Assembly: GCF_009914755.1 (NCBI RefSeq)
Contig: NC_060939.1
DNA length: 64,000 nucleotides
Direction: 5' to 3' (one strand)
From: the human T2T-CHM13v2.0 reference genome, Homo sapiens
The notes under the pieces are model-generated. The model was not told the DNA's origin and made no database searches. It worked only from the letters and a program-made list of their open reading frames with translations. This document shows positions 42,922-57,645 of this stretch, piece after piece. The position numbers were made by a program, and so were the translations under genes. How positions within the stretch are numbered: the first letter of the stretch is position 1; each line of letters opens with the position of its first letter.

Positions 42922-43242
<321 letters not shown>

Positions 43243-43280
43243 GAAAAGCTGCCACTCTTGGAGGAAATGTACAGCCTAAC

Positions 43281-43991
<711 letters not shown>

Positions 43992-44183
43992 CTGCCCAAG
44001 ACTCTGTTGCTGGTGGAGTCAGAATTCGGAAAAATCCAACCCACTGATGGCAGCACAAAAATGCCACCCAGATGCCGAAAGGCGTCCCCTCCACCTCTCC
44101 CAGATGCGCCCCTGCTGGCCAGGATGGCAGATGTGACAGAGAGAAGGCTGTGTGCCAATGTCCTTCATGATCTCTCTCTGTAA

Positions 44184-44209
44184 CACACACACACACACAC
44201 ACACACACT
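44184..44209 (+). repeat. (CA)n microsatellite
   Basis: Direct read. Confidence 0.93.
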
Positions 44210-45543
44210 ACTTGCGTGAGATGGGCACGGAGGTCCCTGACCTATCTCCTTCAGACTTTACCAGCCTTGCCACAGTTGCTGTGCCATCTACTTTCAGGAC
44301 AGTCTGGCTGGCTTTGTCAGGACTTTTCAGACGTGGTGACAAACACTGAAATCACGGGGCAGTGCTCAGTTCAGACTGTCCTACCAGTGCTAGTGAGAAG
44401 GTCTCTGTGCCTGGGTCTTCCTGAAGAGTGGCCTCTTGGGAACCGGCCCAGGGACCTTCCATATCACCTGCACATGGCTCAGGGGTCCTGGGTTTATTTT
44501 TAGGGTTTATACTTAAGGGCTCCCGTCTTTGAAATTGGAAATCATCTCCCCAGTTTGTGTGAATACAAATAGTGTAATTCCTAAATCACTCCATCGACAT
44601 TCACTTTTTTTTTGTGGCTTTATTGAGATACATTTCACATACCATAAAATTCACTGTTCACATTCCCTTAGGAAAATTTTCTTCAGATTCACTTTTGAGC
44701 GAACTACACGTAGTGATTAATAATGGGGGCGAGGGGACACCATCCTAGTCTCTGGGCCAGGTGAGTTGGAGACCGGAACAGAGGGAAGCCACCGGGCCCT
44801 GTGCATCCAAATCTTGTCCCACAGGAGGGAAGTGGCAGGACATTGATGAATGAGTTTTCGGCTGTAGTCGTGTTAAGGGAAACACTTGGAACACGGATAT
44901 TTTCTAGGCTTCGTTTAGATTTGATGTGTCCAGTCGATGCAGCTTTTGTCTCCTCCATGTGTGAATGCCTCAGTGGCACTGAGCAGCTAGCTTTGGGGTC
45001 GGAAAGCTAGGGTTTCCACTGGAATTCAGGGCAGGGAAAGCAACACCCCTTCCCCTCTCCCTTGGCAATGCTTACGACTGAGGGGGATGTCCTCAACGTA
45101 GTCAACGCTTTCATATTTTAAAATGAGAAATAAGGGACACACTTCCCGATTTCTTGAGCCATCTTAAGGACAAGTGCCCATGTTGGGGTTTGCCGTATGA
45201 TTTAGCTGCTCCCAGCCAAGATACTTAGAGGTTTCGTCTCCATCTTTCCTTGTTGCAAGGCATCATCACTGTAGGATCAGAACCTGAGCCAGAACAGATT
45301 AGATCCTAATGCATGCTGGGGAGCGGCCCATATACTGTCGGAGGGAGGTCCAACATCTCAGATTACTGACTCACATGAAAGCAGAAAGAGTGGAGAACTA
45401 GCCTTGGCTAGTTTTTAAAAGAGAGTATCTATACTGAAAAGAGAAGGAAGGGAGGGTGCGGGTAAGGGCCATTCTAAGGAAAAGACATGAAGATACTGAC
45501 ATCTGGCATTCCCTAATGATTGGCCCAGCCAGGTCACTTTAGA

Positions 45544-45713
45544 GCAGTGGTTCCTAACGGGGATGATTTTGCTCACAAAGGGACATTTGGGGATGTCTGA
45601 AGACACAGACTGGAGAGTGTGTGTGTGCAGTGTGTGTATGTGTGTGTTTCCGTGTGTGTGTGTGTAGTGTGTGTTTGTGTGTGTGTGTGTAGTGTGTGTA
45701 GTGTATGTGTGTT

Positions 45714-45752
<39 letters not shown>

Positions 45753-45876
45753 ATGTGCTGCTGCTATCTGTGGATGCTGCTAAGCATCCTACATTGCACA
45801 GGAATATCCCCATTCCCACCCCAAAAAACAATTGTCCACGCCACAATGTCAACAGAGCTAAGGCTGAGAAACCTGC
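45544..45876 (+). mobile_element. MER20 (hAT-Charlie) with internal compound (GT)n expansion
   Basis: CAGTGGTTCCTAAC...GGGACATTTGGGGATGTCTG and GGATGCTGCTAAGCATCCTACATTGCACAGGA...GGCTGAGAAACCTG. Confidence 0.8.
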
Positions 45877-46166
45877 CCTTCAGTGAACTTCAGCGTCTAT
45901 AAGCCTGCCATGCACTTGACTATCCGAGCAGGCTTTTAATCATTTACCCTTGAACATGAGCAGACAATGATCAATTAGCAGACAATTGAAGAAAGCCCCT
46001 AACACGAATGATAGTGATCAGAACACACAGAAAAAAGGTAACTTGAGTGAAATAGATTATACAGGGAGAATAAAACGTGAGAGATAGATAGAGACAGAAA
46101 AAACAAACCTAAATACGTGAAATAAGAACAAGATGCTATTTAAAAAGTAGCAAAAAGTGGCTGGGG

Positions 46167-46300
46167 GCTGGGTGTGGTGGCTCACACCTGTAATCTCAGC
46201 ACTTTGGGAGGCCAAGATGGGAGGATTGCTTGAAGCGAGGAGTTTGAGATCAGCCTGGTCAACCAGCCTGGTCTTTTCAAGATGCCATCTCAAGAAAAAA
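46167..46300 (+). mobile_element. Alu monomer (FLAM-like) inside L1 remnant
   Basis: Left arm only. Confidence 0.85.
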
Positions 46301-46552
46301 AGTAGCAAAAAAATAAGCAGACAAATAAGAACTTTTAAAAATGAAAAATATGATAGTAGAAATAACAAACACTAAACAGCTTAGAATATAAAGTTGAGAA
46401 AAATCTTCCAAAAAGTAAGGCAAAAAATCAGAGTGAAGACAGAAGAGAAGGTATGAGAAAATTAGGGGACCAGCCTAAGAAAATAGTAGGAGTTTTACAA
46501 AAAGAGGACAGGGAAAATGCAGGAGGAGAAATCATTGATAAGTATTTCAAGA

Positions 46553-46850
<298 letters not shown>

Positions 46851-47407
46851 TCAAGAAAATCCCCACAACAAGAACATGAGTATTCATTCTGAAGGGGTGA
46901 AGTAGACCCACACGCAGGCATATCATGGGGAAATTTTCAAGTACTGGTGACAAAGAGACTATTTCATAAGCTTCAGGAGAGCAATTAAAAAACCAGGCCA
47001 CATTCAAATAATTGGAAATAAGAATGACTTCAGATTTCTCATGATCACACCAGAAGCCAGAAGACAATTGTCCCAGAAGACAATTGGGACATTGCCTTCG
47101 AACTTCAGAAAATTGGTTTTCAATCTGGAATTTTTATATCCAGACACACTGTCAATGAAATGAGAAGATGGAATAAAGGCATTTTTAGATATGCAGAATC
47201 CCCTAGAATTTGCCTTCCATATGCCTTTTCTTAGGATGCTACTGAAGGACGTGCTTCTTCAAAACAAAGGAATACAGCAAAAGGCATCCAGGACACAGAG
47301 TCCCACACAGGAAAAACAGTGGTGGTGAAGGGCGTGCACGAGGTGTGGGGGCACCCTGTCCAGACTGAGGCAAGTCAGGTAAAGTGTGTCTGAATATATT
47401 CAGATAG

Positions 47408-47774
<367 letters not shown>

Positions 47775-48046
47775 AAGTAGCTCAATTATTGACAAAAACT
47801 GAAAACTACAAGTTTTTAGAAATCCAACAATTATGACTCCAGGAAAAGTAAAACGTAGTGTAGAATCTAAACTTAAGAGTGTTATACTACATGACTTGGT
47901 TGTAAAGAGTGCGCTGACCTAACCCAGTCTGAACACTACTTGGGGAGTGGGAAGGAGGGGTGTCTATGGTGTGGTGGGGTATGCAAGACCCTGCATTGCA
48001 CACCTGGTACCCCAACTGCCTTATGTGGCAGCCAGTGGGCATGATA

Positions 48047-48433
48047 TTTTATGAATTAAATTGTGTCCTCCTCGGAAAAGATACGTTGGAGTCCTAACCC
48101 CCAATACCTTAGACGTGACCTAATTTGGAGATAAGGTCTTTGTAGAGGTAACCACGTTGAGATCACTAGAGCAGGCCCTGACTCAGTGTGGCTGGTGTCC
48201 TTATAAGATCTGGACACAAAGACAGATACACAGGGAAGATGACAGAGAAGACGGCCATCTACAAGCCAAGGAGAGGGGCTGGAACGGTCTTTCTCTCACA
48301 GCCTTAGAAAGAACCAGTCCTGCCACCACCTTCATCTTGAACGTCCAGTATCCAGAACAGTGGGACAATACATTTCTGTTTAACCTGTCCAGTTTATGGT
48401 ACTTTGTTATGGCAGCCCCAGAAAATTAATGCA
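48047..48433 (+). mobile_element. MLT1-type LTR
   Basis: GTTGGAGTCCTAACCCCCAATACC...GGTACTTTGTTATGGCAGCCCCAGAAAATTAAT. Confidence 0.78.
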
Positions 48434-50122
48434 TGACTTGAGGGGGCAAAACCGAGCAGTTTTGTGTGTATGTATGTGTGTGTTTGTGTGTATGTGTGTG
48501 TGTAGGTGTGTGTGTGCACGCATGCGCTGCTGGTATCTGTGGATGCTGCTAAGCATCCCGCATTGCACAGGACCATGCCCATTCCTGCTAAACTGCTCAC
48601 CTGCTAAACTGAGAAATCCGCAGGTGGTATCTGACGCTAGAAAATCAAGAGGAGCAGCAGAGGCAGTGACTGAGAGATAGAAAGGAAAATACGGAATAAT
48701 TCGGATGAAAGAGTTGAATGGATTTTCCCCTAGGGGGAGGGAAATGGGACGACAGATGATTGCTATTGTTTTTAAAAAGCCTTATAGAATGTTTTAACTC
48801 CAAAACAGATGCTTGTATGCCTTTGATAAAAATGGAAATTTAAAAAAATTAAGGGAAGGATAGTAGGGAGGTGGGAGGAAGGGAGATGTGCTTTTTACAG
48901 CTGGTGCTTCCTGACTAGTAACTAGGGGGAAATGCTTGGGCTGAAGTGTACCCTTCTGAATGCTGAGCTCCTTAACAGAACCCAGGAGGGAGAAGCCTGG
49001 GAAAGCGTCAGGCCCCGGCCCAGGAGGACACTTCATTCTCGCAGGTGATAAAGGTTTCAAATGTTCAACCCCAGAACTGATATTGTCATGAAGGAATGAA
49101 GCCAAAGAGGTAGGTTTCTATTAGGGCAATCTGACCCAGCAAAGGGGGCTTGATGGAGGTTTCTGGTGCTAAGACAGAGGGAACTCTTTAACATCCCCTC
49201 CCCGGTAGCCCGCACCCTGGCACACTCTAAGTTGATGAACTTGGTCCCACCCACGGGCACACGGCCATGACTGTCTGGACAGAGGACAGTGCTTTCATTT
49301 GGGTGGTTCACTTCCAGGAAGTGTTTGTATTTGATCTCATGATAACCTAGAGAGGCCGGCTAGATGAGTTTTCTTCTCATTTTCAGACAAGGGAAGCAGG
49401 AGACAATGATGTCATAGAATAAACTTTGGGATGACACAGGTTGGGGTTCTTGGCTGCTGCCTACTTCCTTTGTGGCCTTGGCAAGTTGCTTAGCCTCTCT
49501 GAGCCTCAGTGTTCTCTGTTCCTCTTCTATGTCAAGTGATTCCCACTTCATAGACTGGTGGCCGGGATTACCTAAGACAAAGTATGTAAAGCCTGGCCAG
49601 TACGTCATAAGCACCAGTGGGTGTTCTCACTCCTCTTCTAGCAATAAGATGCTTATTTTATATGCAAAATAATGTATCTGTTGTCCTGACTCAGAGCATG
49701 ATACCCCTAGGTGAAGTATGGCATCTTGACAAGCTAGGTACTTCGAACTGAAGGACATTGGAAGGGCCTCAGAAGTGAGACCTCCCTGACCTCCTTCTAC
49801 CCTCCCATCTCTCCCAAAGCAGGTCGTAGAAACCAGAATTCCTCTTCCCCAAGGTGGGTCATAGAAACTGGAATCCTTCTCCCCCAAAGCAAGCCACAGA
49901 ACCTAGAAAGGTCACCCTCTCCCTTCTCCCGTGAAGATCCTCATTCCAGAGGGGTCCTGGAATATATATCTGGGAGGACGCAATGCTACCCAGAGAGGCC
50001 AAGATGAATCTGGACAGACAGGCCTTGCAGGGTTCCCCCTTCAGCCTGTCACCATTAGATCACACTCTGTCCATTCTTCATCGAATCCAAGCATATAGAC
50101 AGTTCTCCCTGGGTTTTGGGGT

Positions 50123-50733
50123 TGTGAAAGGAAAATAAAATCTCAGGACCCCAGTTCACTATGTCAAAGGGAAAAATGAAGCTGGAAGCTGAGTCAGGCA
50201 AGAAGCTGCCTTTCCTTTTGTTGCCCAGCAGACAGCGAAAGATGAAAAGGCCAGGCAGAGGCCAGCCATCTCCACAGGTGGCTGCCGTGTTTATCTTGTG
50301 TAAAGTGCCGACTTGCCGAGCGTTTGATGAATATATAATCAACTATGCCTATATCCCCTCCTCTTCACATGTAACATGTGGATTCAGTGACGTGACCGCA
50401 CCCTCCCTCCTTCCCCTCCAACATGTGGATTCAGTGACGTGACCGCACCCTCCCTCCTTCCCCTCCAACATGTGGATTCAGTGACGTGACCGCACCCTCC
50501 CTCCTTCCCCTCCAACATGTGGATTCAGTGATGTGACCGAACCCTCCCTCCTTCCCCTCCTGCCTGCTTTTCCCATTTAAATACGGAAGCCCTCAAAATT
50601 CTCTTGGGGAAAAGTAGGGATCGCAGATTTTTTCCTGCGGTTTTGTGTTTCTTTTTCCCTGGTGCGTCCTTAACCTTCGCTAAATAAACCTCTAAATTGC
50701 TTGAGGCCTGTTTCAGAGACCTTTTGGTTTATA
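50123..50733 (+). mobile_element. MER4-group (MER4D/E-like) LTR nested in the older LTR
   Basis: TGTGAAAGGAAAATAAAATCTCAGGACCCC start, AATAAA near 50683, CTTTTGGTTTATA end. Confidence 0.75.
50373..50560 (+). repeat. 47-bp minisatellite x4
   Basis: AACATGTGGATTCAGTGACGTGACCGCACCCTCCCTCCTTCCCCTCC at 50373, 50420, 50467, 50514 (4th has 2 substitutions). Confidence 0.97.
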
Positions 50734-50934
50734 GACTCATTGCTGAGGCCTCCTGTATTACATAACACTATGAGTAAATACATTTGATAGGCATTTCTCT
50801 TGTTAACCTCTCTTTTGTTAGGAGTGCCAGCCATGACCATTGTGATGGTATCACATCTTTCTTCCCCTACACTGTGCTCCATTTCTTTTTACATTTTAAT
50901 TTGAAAAACTATTTTATAATTTCTAAAAATAATA

Positions 50935-51358
<424 letters not shown>

Positions 51359-51502
51359 CATTTCTTATTTTTAAAATGTCTTCTAAGTTGCTTATCACTT
51401 TAAATAGCTTATCTAGGCTCTGGGATACAGCAGCCATTAAGACAGGCACAAAACACTTCTGCAGCTCATATTCCGGTATAGAGAAGACAGGGTTAAAAAC
51501 TA

Positions 51503-51582
51503 TTAGGTTGGTGCAAAAGTAGTTGAGGTTTTTGTAATTAAAAGTAATGGCAAAAACCACAACTACTTTTGCACCAAACTAA
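51503..51582. mobile_element. MADE1 (Hsmar1-derived 80-bp MITE)
   Basis: TTAGGTTGGTGCAAAAGTA...TACTTTTGCACCAAACTAA; 80 bp; palindromic; TA on the left flank. Confidence 0.93.
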
Positions 51583-52277
51583 ATAAGTAAGCAAAACAGT
51601 TGACATGGTAAAGTGATTCAGAATAATCCAATAGGGAGATAAGCAGATTTCTAAGGAGTGGGGTGATCGCTATTTATTATAAAATAGGAGAGTGAGGAAA
51701 GGATTTGTTCAGGCGACACTGGAATAAAAGGAAGTAAATATATGATGTCAATGGCAACGAATGCTATGCAGGAAGATAAAGCTGGTGGAGGGAGGAAGAC
51801 TGCTGTATTCTAGAAGTCTGGGGAGAGATGGCATCTTACTATATTGCCCAGGCTGGTCTTGAACTCTTGGGCTCAAGCCATCCTCCTGCCTTGGCCTCCC
51901 AAAGTGTCAGGATTACAGGCGTGAGTGATAAGTGGCATTTGAATAAAGTGTTAGGATTACAGGCGTTACCAATGAGTGACATTTGAACAAAGATGGTGGG
52001 AATTAGTGGAGTGAGGCACATAGATTTCTTGTGGAAGGAAGTCCCGGCAGAGGAAGAAGGGGCTGAGGCTGTGAGCAAGTGCCTGGCCTGCAGAATGGCA
52101 GGGCCAGGGAGGTGCTGTCGTGGGGTCAGATGGCCAGCAGTGGGAGGTTGCGTGTGTACATATGTATGTGACAGACACAGGCACACCAGGACCTTTTGGG
52201 TTTTTCTGTCTTGCTTTTCTCACCCAACAGCTCTGCATGTCAATTCCTCTGTCTCATTCATGTTACAGCCACCTAAT

Positions 52278-54520
52278 TGTAGTGGATGCTGGGGTGTGCC
52301 ACACAGATCACCCCCTTAGAGAAGGAACTTGTTCCCCCAGTGCCAAGAGGGGCTCGACACACCCCAGTCCTTCCCTTGGGATTTCCCTCGGCCCAGGAAG
52401 CTGCCTTGCCTGTGGTGACTGTCCCGCCTGAGGACAGCCTGGATTCAATGCCTGCTCAGTACAGGGCTACATAGACACAAAGGGGCTCCTTTTGCCTCAG
52501 TTAGGGACACTTGAAGGCCATTCCAGCTCCAACTCTGCCTGGGGCTGAGCCTTTGATGCAAATGTCTAAACCTGCCTCCCTTATCCCAAGAGCATTCCCC
52601 TGTAAATGTCTTGCCAGAAGTCTCTATCTGAAGCCTGTCACCAGGAACCTGCCCTAGGGCAGTGGGTGCCAGGGGGTGTCTCAGGAAGCTGAGTCCAAAG
52701 TAAGAGTTTGGAGCTGGATGCGCTGCTGCCCAGCAATGCAAAGCCACTTCCTGGCAGGAGGTGGAACACCTGTCACCTCTGTGGTGCCCCTGGGATGCAA
52801 TGGGCAACTCTCATGGGTCTTGGCTCTGGCTGTCATAACAAAACACTAGAGACCTGTGGCTTAAACAACAGATCTTTATTTCTGACAGTTCCAAAGCCTG
52901 AGAGTCCAAGATCAAGGTGCTGGATGATCTGGTGTCTAGTGAAAGCAAGCTTCCTAGTGAAGGCTTGCAGATGGCTGCCTTCCTGCTGTGTCCTCACCTT
53001 ATGGAGAGAAACCATCTCTTTTGTGTCTTTTCTGATAAGGACGCTAATCCCAGCATGAGGCTCCACCCTCGTGACCTAATCACCTCCCAAAGGCCCCACC
53101 GCCTAACACCATCCCACTGGGCGTTAGGCTTCAACATATGCACTTAGAGAGGACACAGACATTCTGTCCATAGCAGGTGGGGTATTGGTGGAAAGAAATT
53201 CAGCAGCTGGTGCAGTATTTCAGGATCTGGGGAGCTGCAGATAAACTCGTAATTATAAGGATCGTAGAATCAAATGGCTATTTCAGAGGGCAAATGATGC
53301 ATTAAAAAAGACAAAAGGTGAGGGTGATTACTCAGCTATAGAAGGCTCAGTGTGGAAGCCCGAGGGCCTCCTTGACAGCGCAGGCAGAGAATCTCATTTC
53401 ACGCAGCTGATGGGAAGAAAAAATGGAGAATCAGGCCCTAGACTTAGTTACAGGAGAAGCAGAGCTGCCGAGAAGGTTGAATGCTCTTGGTCAACCTTAG
53501 TAAGCTTCCACCCTGAGTCATGGGGTGGGGAGAACTGGGTTGATACACCTGGAAACCCTAAAACCTCAGAACCTCCTGAGCCTCTGGGCCTGCAGTGGGC
53601 TAGCACTGACCCCTTGCTTGAAGACAATTGCAGATGCTTCTGCCTTGTGATTCTGTATGCACCTCCCTCACTCCTGGGGATCTGCCTCCTTCTCCTTGGA
53701 CCACCTGACTAGTAACTAGGGTCCAGACTCAACATACCTCAGCTGGGGGAGTGTGAAGCCAATTAATTGACCCTCACAGAGAGGAGGTGGACGCTGCTGG
53801 TAAACCGTGGGGCAGGGAACAATGCCTTTGGTCCCCAGGTTATCCACAGAGGTGTCATTTGCCACTTCCCTAGCAGAGGCAGGCCTGGGCAGGGCATGAT
53901 GACCAGGGGCTCAGACCCCTTTGCCATCTGCCTAGTGGAGGAGTTATTGAGGCCAAGGGGGAAACCAGAATGGGCTATAGAGGAGGAAAACCATATGCAT
54001 CCACTGGGGCCTCGTGACCAGTGGCAGCTGTGGGGATTGGAGTTTGTCCCACTGGACTTCCCCTGTGAGTTTCTCCAGGACCGGAGACCAACCAGAATCT
54101 TAAAGGAGCTGTTCTCAGATCAGGCAAACTGGCCACAGGAATCACGTGGACCCTATTAACGTGATGGGTGGACAGTAGTGGAAGCTGCAGTGCCCTACAC
54201 AGATCCCCCCAGCTCTAGGATTGCTGGTCACTGTGGCTCATAGCTGAGTCTCTCTTTGGGAATCACTGCCTGCTGCAGGGGCCACTTCACTCAAGGTTAA
54301 GACTCATCCTGGGGGCATCCACAGCCAATGACTGGCTAATGTATACATCCCAATGCCTGGCTCTTGAGCTCCACTCAGGACCACTCTGAAAGCCTGCTCA
54401 GCTCCAGTTCTCCATGGGTTGGTAACGCCTGTCTCAGAGGAGTGATGCCCAAAGCAGTTCCCAATAACCTCACTAGTCTCAATCTTAGAGTCTGTTTCTA
54501 GTGGAATTGAACCAGAGATG
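52278..54520 (+). mobile_element. Degenerate ERVL provirus: two LTR16-like LTRs (52278-52661, 54174-54520) flanking a short internal region
   Basis: Both LTRs start GTAGTGGA(T/A)GCTG...ACACAGATC; PBS-like GTGGGTGCCAGG after the first and a purine tract before the second. Confidence 0.6.
52820..53175 (-). mobile_element. MLT1 LTR inserted in the ERVL internal region
   Basis: GGCTTAAACAACAGATCTTTATT...GACCTAATCACCTCCCAAAGGCCCCACC...ATTCTGTCCATAGCA. Confidence 0.8.
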
Positions 54521-54647
54521 CTATTATTCAGGGTATGAATGAAACATAATTCATCCAACCATTTCCCCATCAGCAGCATTCACTTTGTTTCCTATTTTTT
54601 CCAATGTAAACATTGCTATAGTTAGCATCCATGCAGATATAGCCTGC

Positions 54648-54945
54648 TGTATTAGCCCATTCTCGCATTGCTGTAACGAAATACCTGAGACTGGGTAATT
54701 TATAAAAAGAGGTTTAATTGGCTCATGGTCCTGCAGGCTGTACAGGAAGCGTAGTGGCTTCTGCTTTGGGGGAGGCTTGGGAAGCTTCCAAACATGGCGG
54801 AAGGCAAAGAGGGAGCAGGCGTCTTGCATGGCAGGGACAGGACCAAGAGTCGGGGTAGGGGGAGGTGCCAAATTTTTACTGACCACATCTCATGAGAACT
54901 CATTCACTATCAGGAGGCCAGTACCAAGGAGATGGTGCTATAGAC
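54648..54945 (-). mobile_element. MST (MaLR) LTR, truncated
   Basis: TGTATTAGCCCATTCTCGCATTGCTGTAACGAAATACCTGAGACTGGG. Confidence 0.85.
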
Positions 54946-54989
54946 ATGTAGTATTTTAAACAAGAGAAGCTTTATTATGAAGAATTATT

Positions 54990-55308
<319 letters not shown>

Positions 55309-57366
55309 CTACAAGGTACAATGGAAAGCTAAAAGGTATCTTAGGCCTGAGGAAGAGTGATTTAGGAAAGACAAACTTGGATACCTCCCCAGGGCTTGGG
55401 TTCAGGCCTTGGAGGTTGGAGAAGGTGCGATTGCTGTTCACTGGATGACACAGAAGGTCGTTGGTTTGCCCAGACCAGATGTGATGCACATTCACTAGGC
55501 CAGCAAGAAGTCCCTCTTCAGGGGGCAGTTGGACTGCAACTGGGCAGGTGTACAGAAGGCATTGGTGTGCTGCTGATGACAACTGGAATATGCATGTCCA
55601 CATTGGGAGGGCTCTAGGAAGGGGGTTGCTAGGCTGGACTGGGATGGCAAGGTTGCCGAGGGCGCACACATTTTAGCCACATGGTAGGAACTATCACCAG
55701 TTGTCTTCACACATGCTCTGCTGACCAAGGGTGCAGCCTCCGGAACCAGCAGAAGCCCTCTTCCTCCTGCAATGTCACTCTATCGCCCTCTACCGATAAA
55801 TTTTAACAATGTAGTCACTGTTCCGGAGAAATGCTTAAAGGAATCCCATTCATTAGCACAGAGCAAATATTGAAGAATGAATTTAAAGCTGAGAGGCAAG
55901 AAATTGATAAATATAACAGAATCTAGGAAATCATATTGGAAAAAGATTGTATAATTGAAAGTCATCTGCCTTCTTGTCCCTGGAGTAGTACAATGAGGCA
56001 GTAAATGTTCAGCACTACTGTTTAAATTTTAATTCTGTCATAACTGGACTGCTAATAGCTAACAGTTTAGTGCCAGTTACCTTTAAAAATGGTTTATAGG
56101 CATGAACCTATCAAATGCTCACTATAAGCTTTTGAGTTAAATACCGTTATTATGCACACCTGAGGAAACTGACACATACATTTTATTTACCATAAATTCC
56201 CATCAGACCAATAGCAACAATCTTTAAAACCACCTGCTAGTGAAGGTTTGAGGGAGAGATAGTGGTCTACCTGGATTAATGTCATGATAGTTTTGATAAA
56301 ATTCAACCTCTGTACACTTATAAAAAATCTCAAAACTTAAGCATTGGTCCAGGGAGCAGTTATTGGTAAAGTTAAATTCATCACATCAAAGCCAATTAAT
56401 TTTTTATTTTTTATTTTGAAAAATGAAAAGTAACTTGAGAGATTATTTGTACTTTATCGTCTCAAAGAAGTCGATATCTAAAAATCTAATCTTTCTGTGA
56501 TAGTTATAATAGGGAAGTACCATTTTGTTTTTTGTTCGTTTTGGGAAGAGCTACGGGAACAGAGAACTGCAATCCCCATAGTAGAATGGTTGAGTTTTTG
56601 TTGGTATTTTGCTAACAGATATTTCTTGCTTTCAGTTCTATACAGAATAATAAATCATGAAGCTAGACTTTTTGTGTCATATGGTGAGGTAATACATTGA
56701 GGAAGAACACCTTGGGAAAAAAGGTTAATGTAAAAAAGAATTCTTTTTTCATTGTCTTTTATTCCTAAAGGATTATTAGAGCTTCATTCTTAGCATTGAT
56801 CAGGGTATAAAGAAACCCTAATGTCATTTTATTTTCAAAAAGAAACCCCTCTTTTTGCCTAATGAGCCCAACCATATCTAACAGAAATGCTTCTGTGACA
56901 TCAGTGGGCCTTCCTTGTCAAGAGGCCAGGGTCACCACAGCAGTGTCCATCTTCCTTGCCGAAAATGGAACAAAGAACGCGAGAAAGAATGATGGTATTC
57001 AGCTGATGGAGAAAGGCCAAAATGTCCCAACAAAGGTGATACCATTAAAAAACGGACAACAATGCTTGAACACTCAGAAAACTTCCTGACAAAGAAGGTC
57101 CTTTGGGAAAATTGTCTCTTTTTAGCATAGTATTTTTGCTATGAAAATGAAGAGATGACAGCTCTATTATTTAATCAACTTGGCCCAGATATTTAATTCT
57201 GAAGAAAAATCAATATTATACAAAAACAAATGTATTTTCAAATATGCACATGCTTATTTTCAAATATCTCAATCAAAAAAATAAAAGTTTATCAATAATC
57301 TTATTTAACCTAGATGAAGTAGATTTATAGCCTGAGAAGATTTCACATGGCTTATTAAGAGCTTAC

Positions 57367-57645
57367 TTTTTTTTCTTTTTTCTTTTTTTTTCTTTTCCAG
57401 ACAGGGGTTCACTCTGTTGTCCAGGCTGGAGCGCAGAGTTGGGATCATGGCTCACTGCAGCCTTGACCTCCTGGGCTCAGGTGATCCTTCCACCTCAGCC
57501 TCCTGAGTAGCTGGGACCACAGGCACCACCAAACTCATTTAATTTTTCTAGTTTTTGTAGAGATGGGACCTCGTCATGTTGCCCAGGCTGGTCTTGAACT
57601 CCTGGTCTCAAGCAATCCACTCACCTTGGCCTCCCAAAGTGCTGG
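57367..57645 (-). mobile_element. Alu (AluJ-like), 5'-truncated
   Basis: Poly-T then reverse Alu to CCCAAAGTGCTGG. Confidence 0.9.

Larger units (their letters stand above)
49682..50870 (+). mobile_element. ERV1 LTR (MER34/MER39-like), split by a nested LTR
   Basis: GATACCCC...GTATGGC...GAACTGAAGGACATTGGAAGGGCCTCAGAAG start; resumes after 50733 and ends CTTCCCCTACA. Confidence 0.6.

Noticed and set aside
50386-50397. CLEAR (TFEB) element in the minisatellite
   Set aside because: The sequence is GTGACGTGAC, which lacks the CACGTG core of GTCACGTGAC.
50373-50560. CRISPR-like or synthetic array interpretation of the 47-bp repeat
   Set aside because: Units are contiguous with no unique spacers and lie inside an LTR in mammalian DNA; it is a minisatellite.
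56885-57035. 151-nt AG...GT-bounded plus-strand segment with an open frame
   Set aside because: Weak polypyrimidine tract, no partner exons, unrecognisable peptide.
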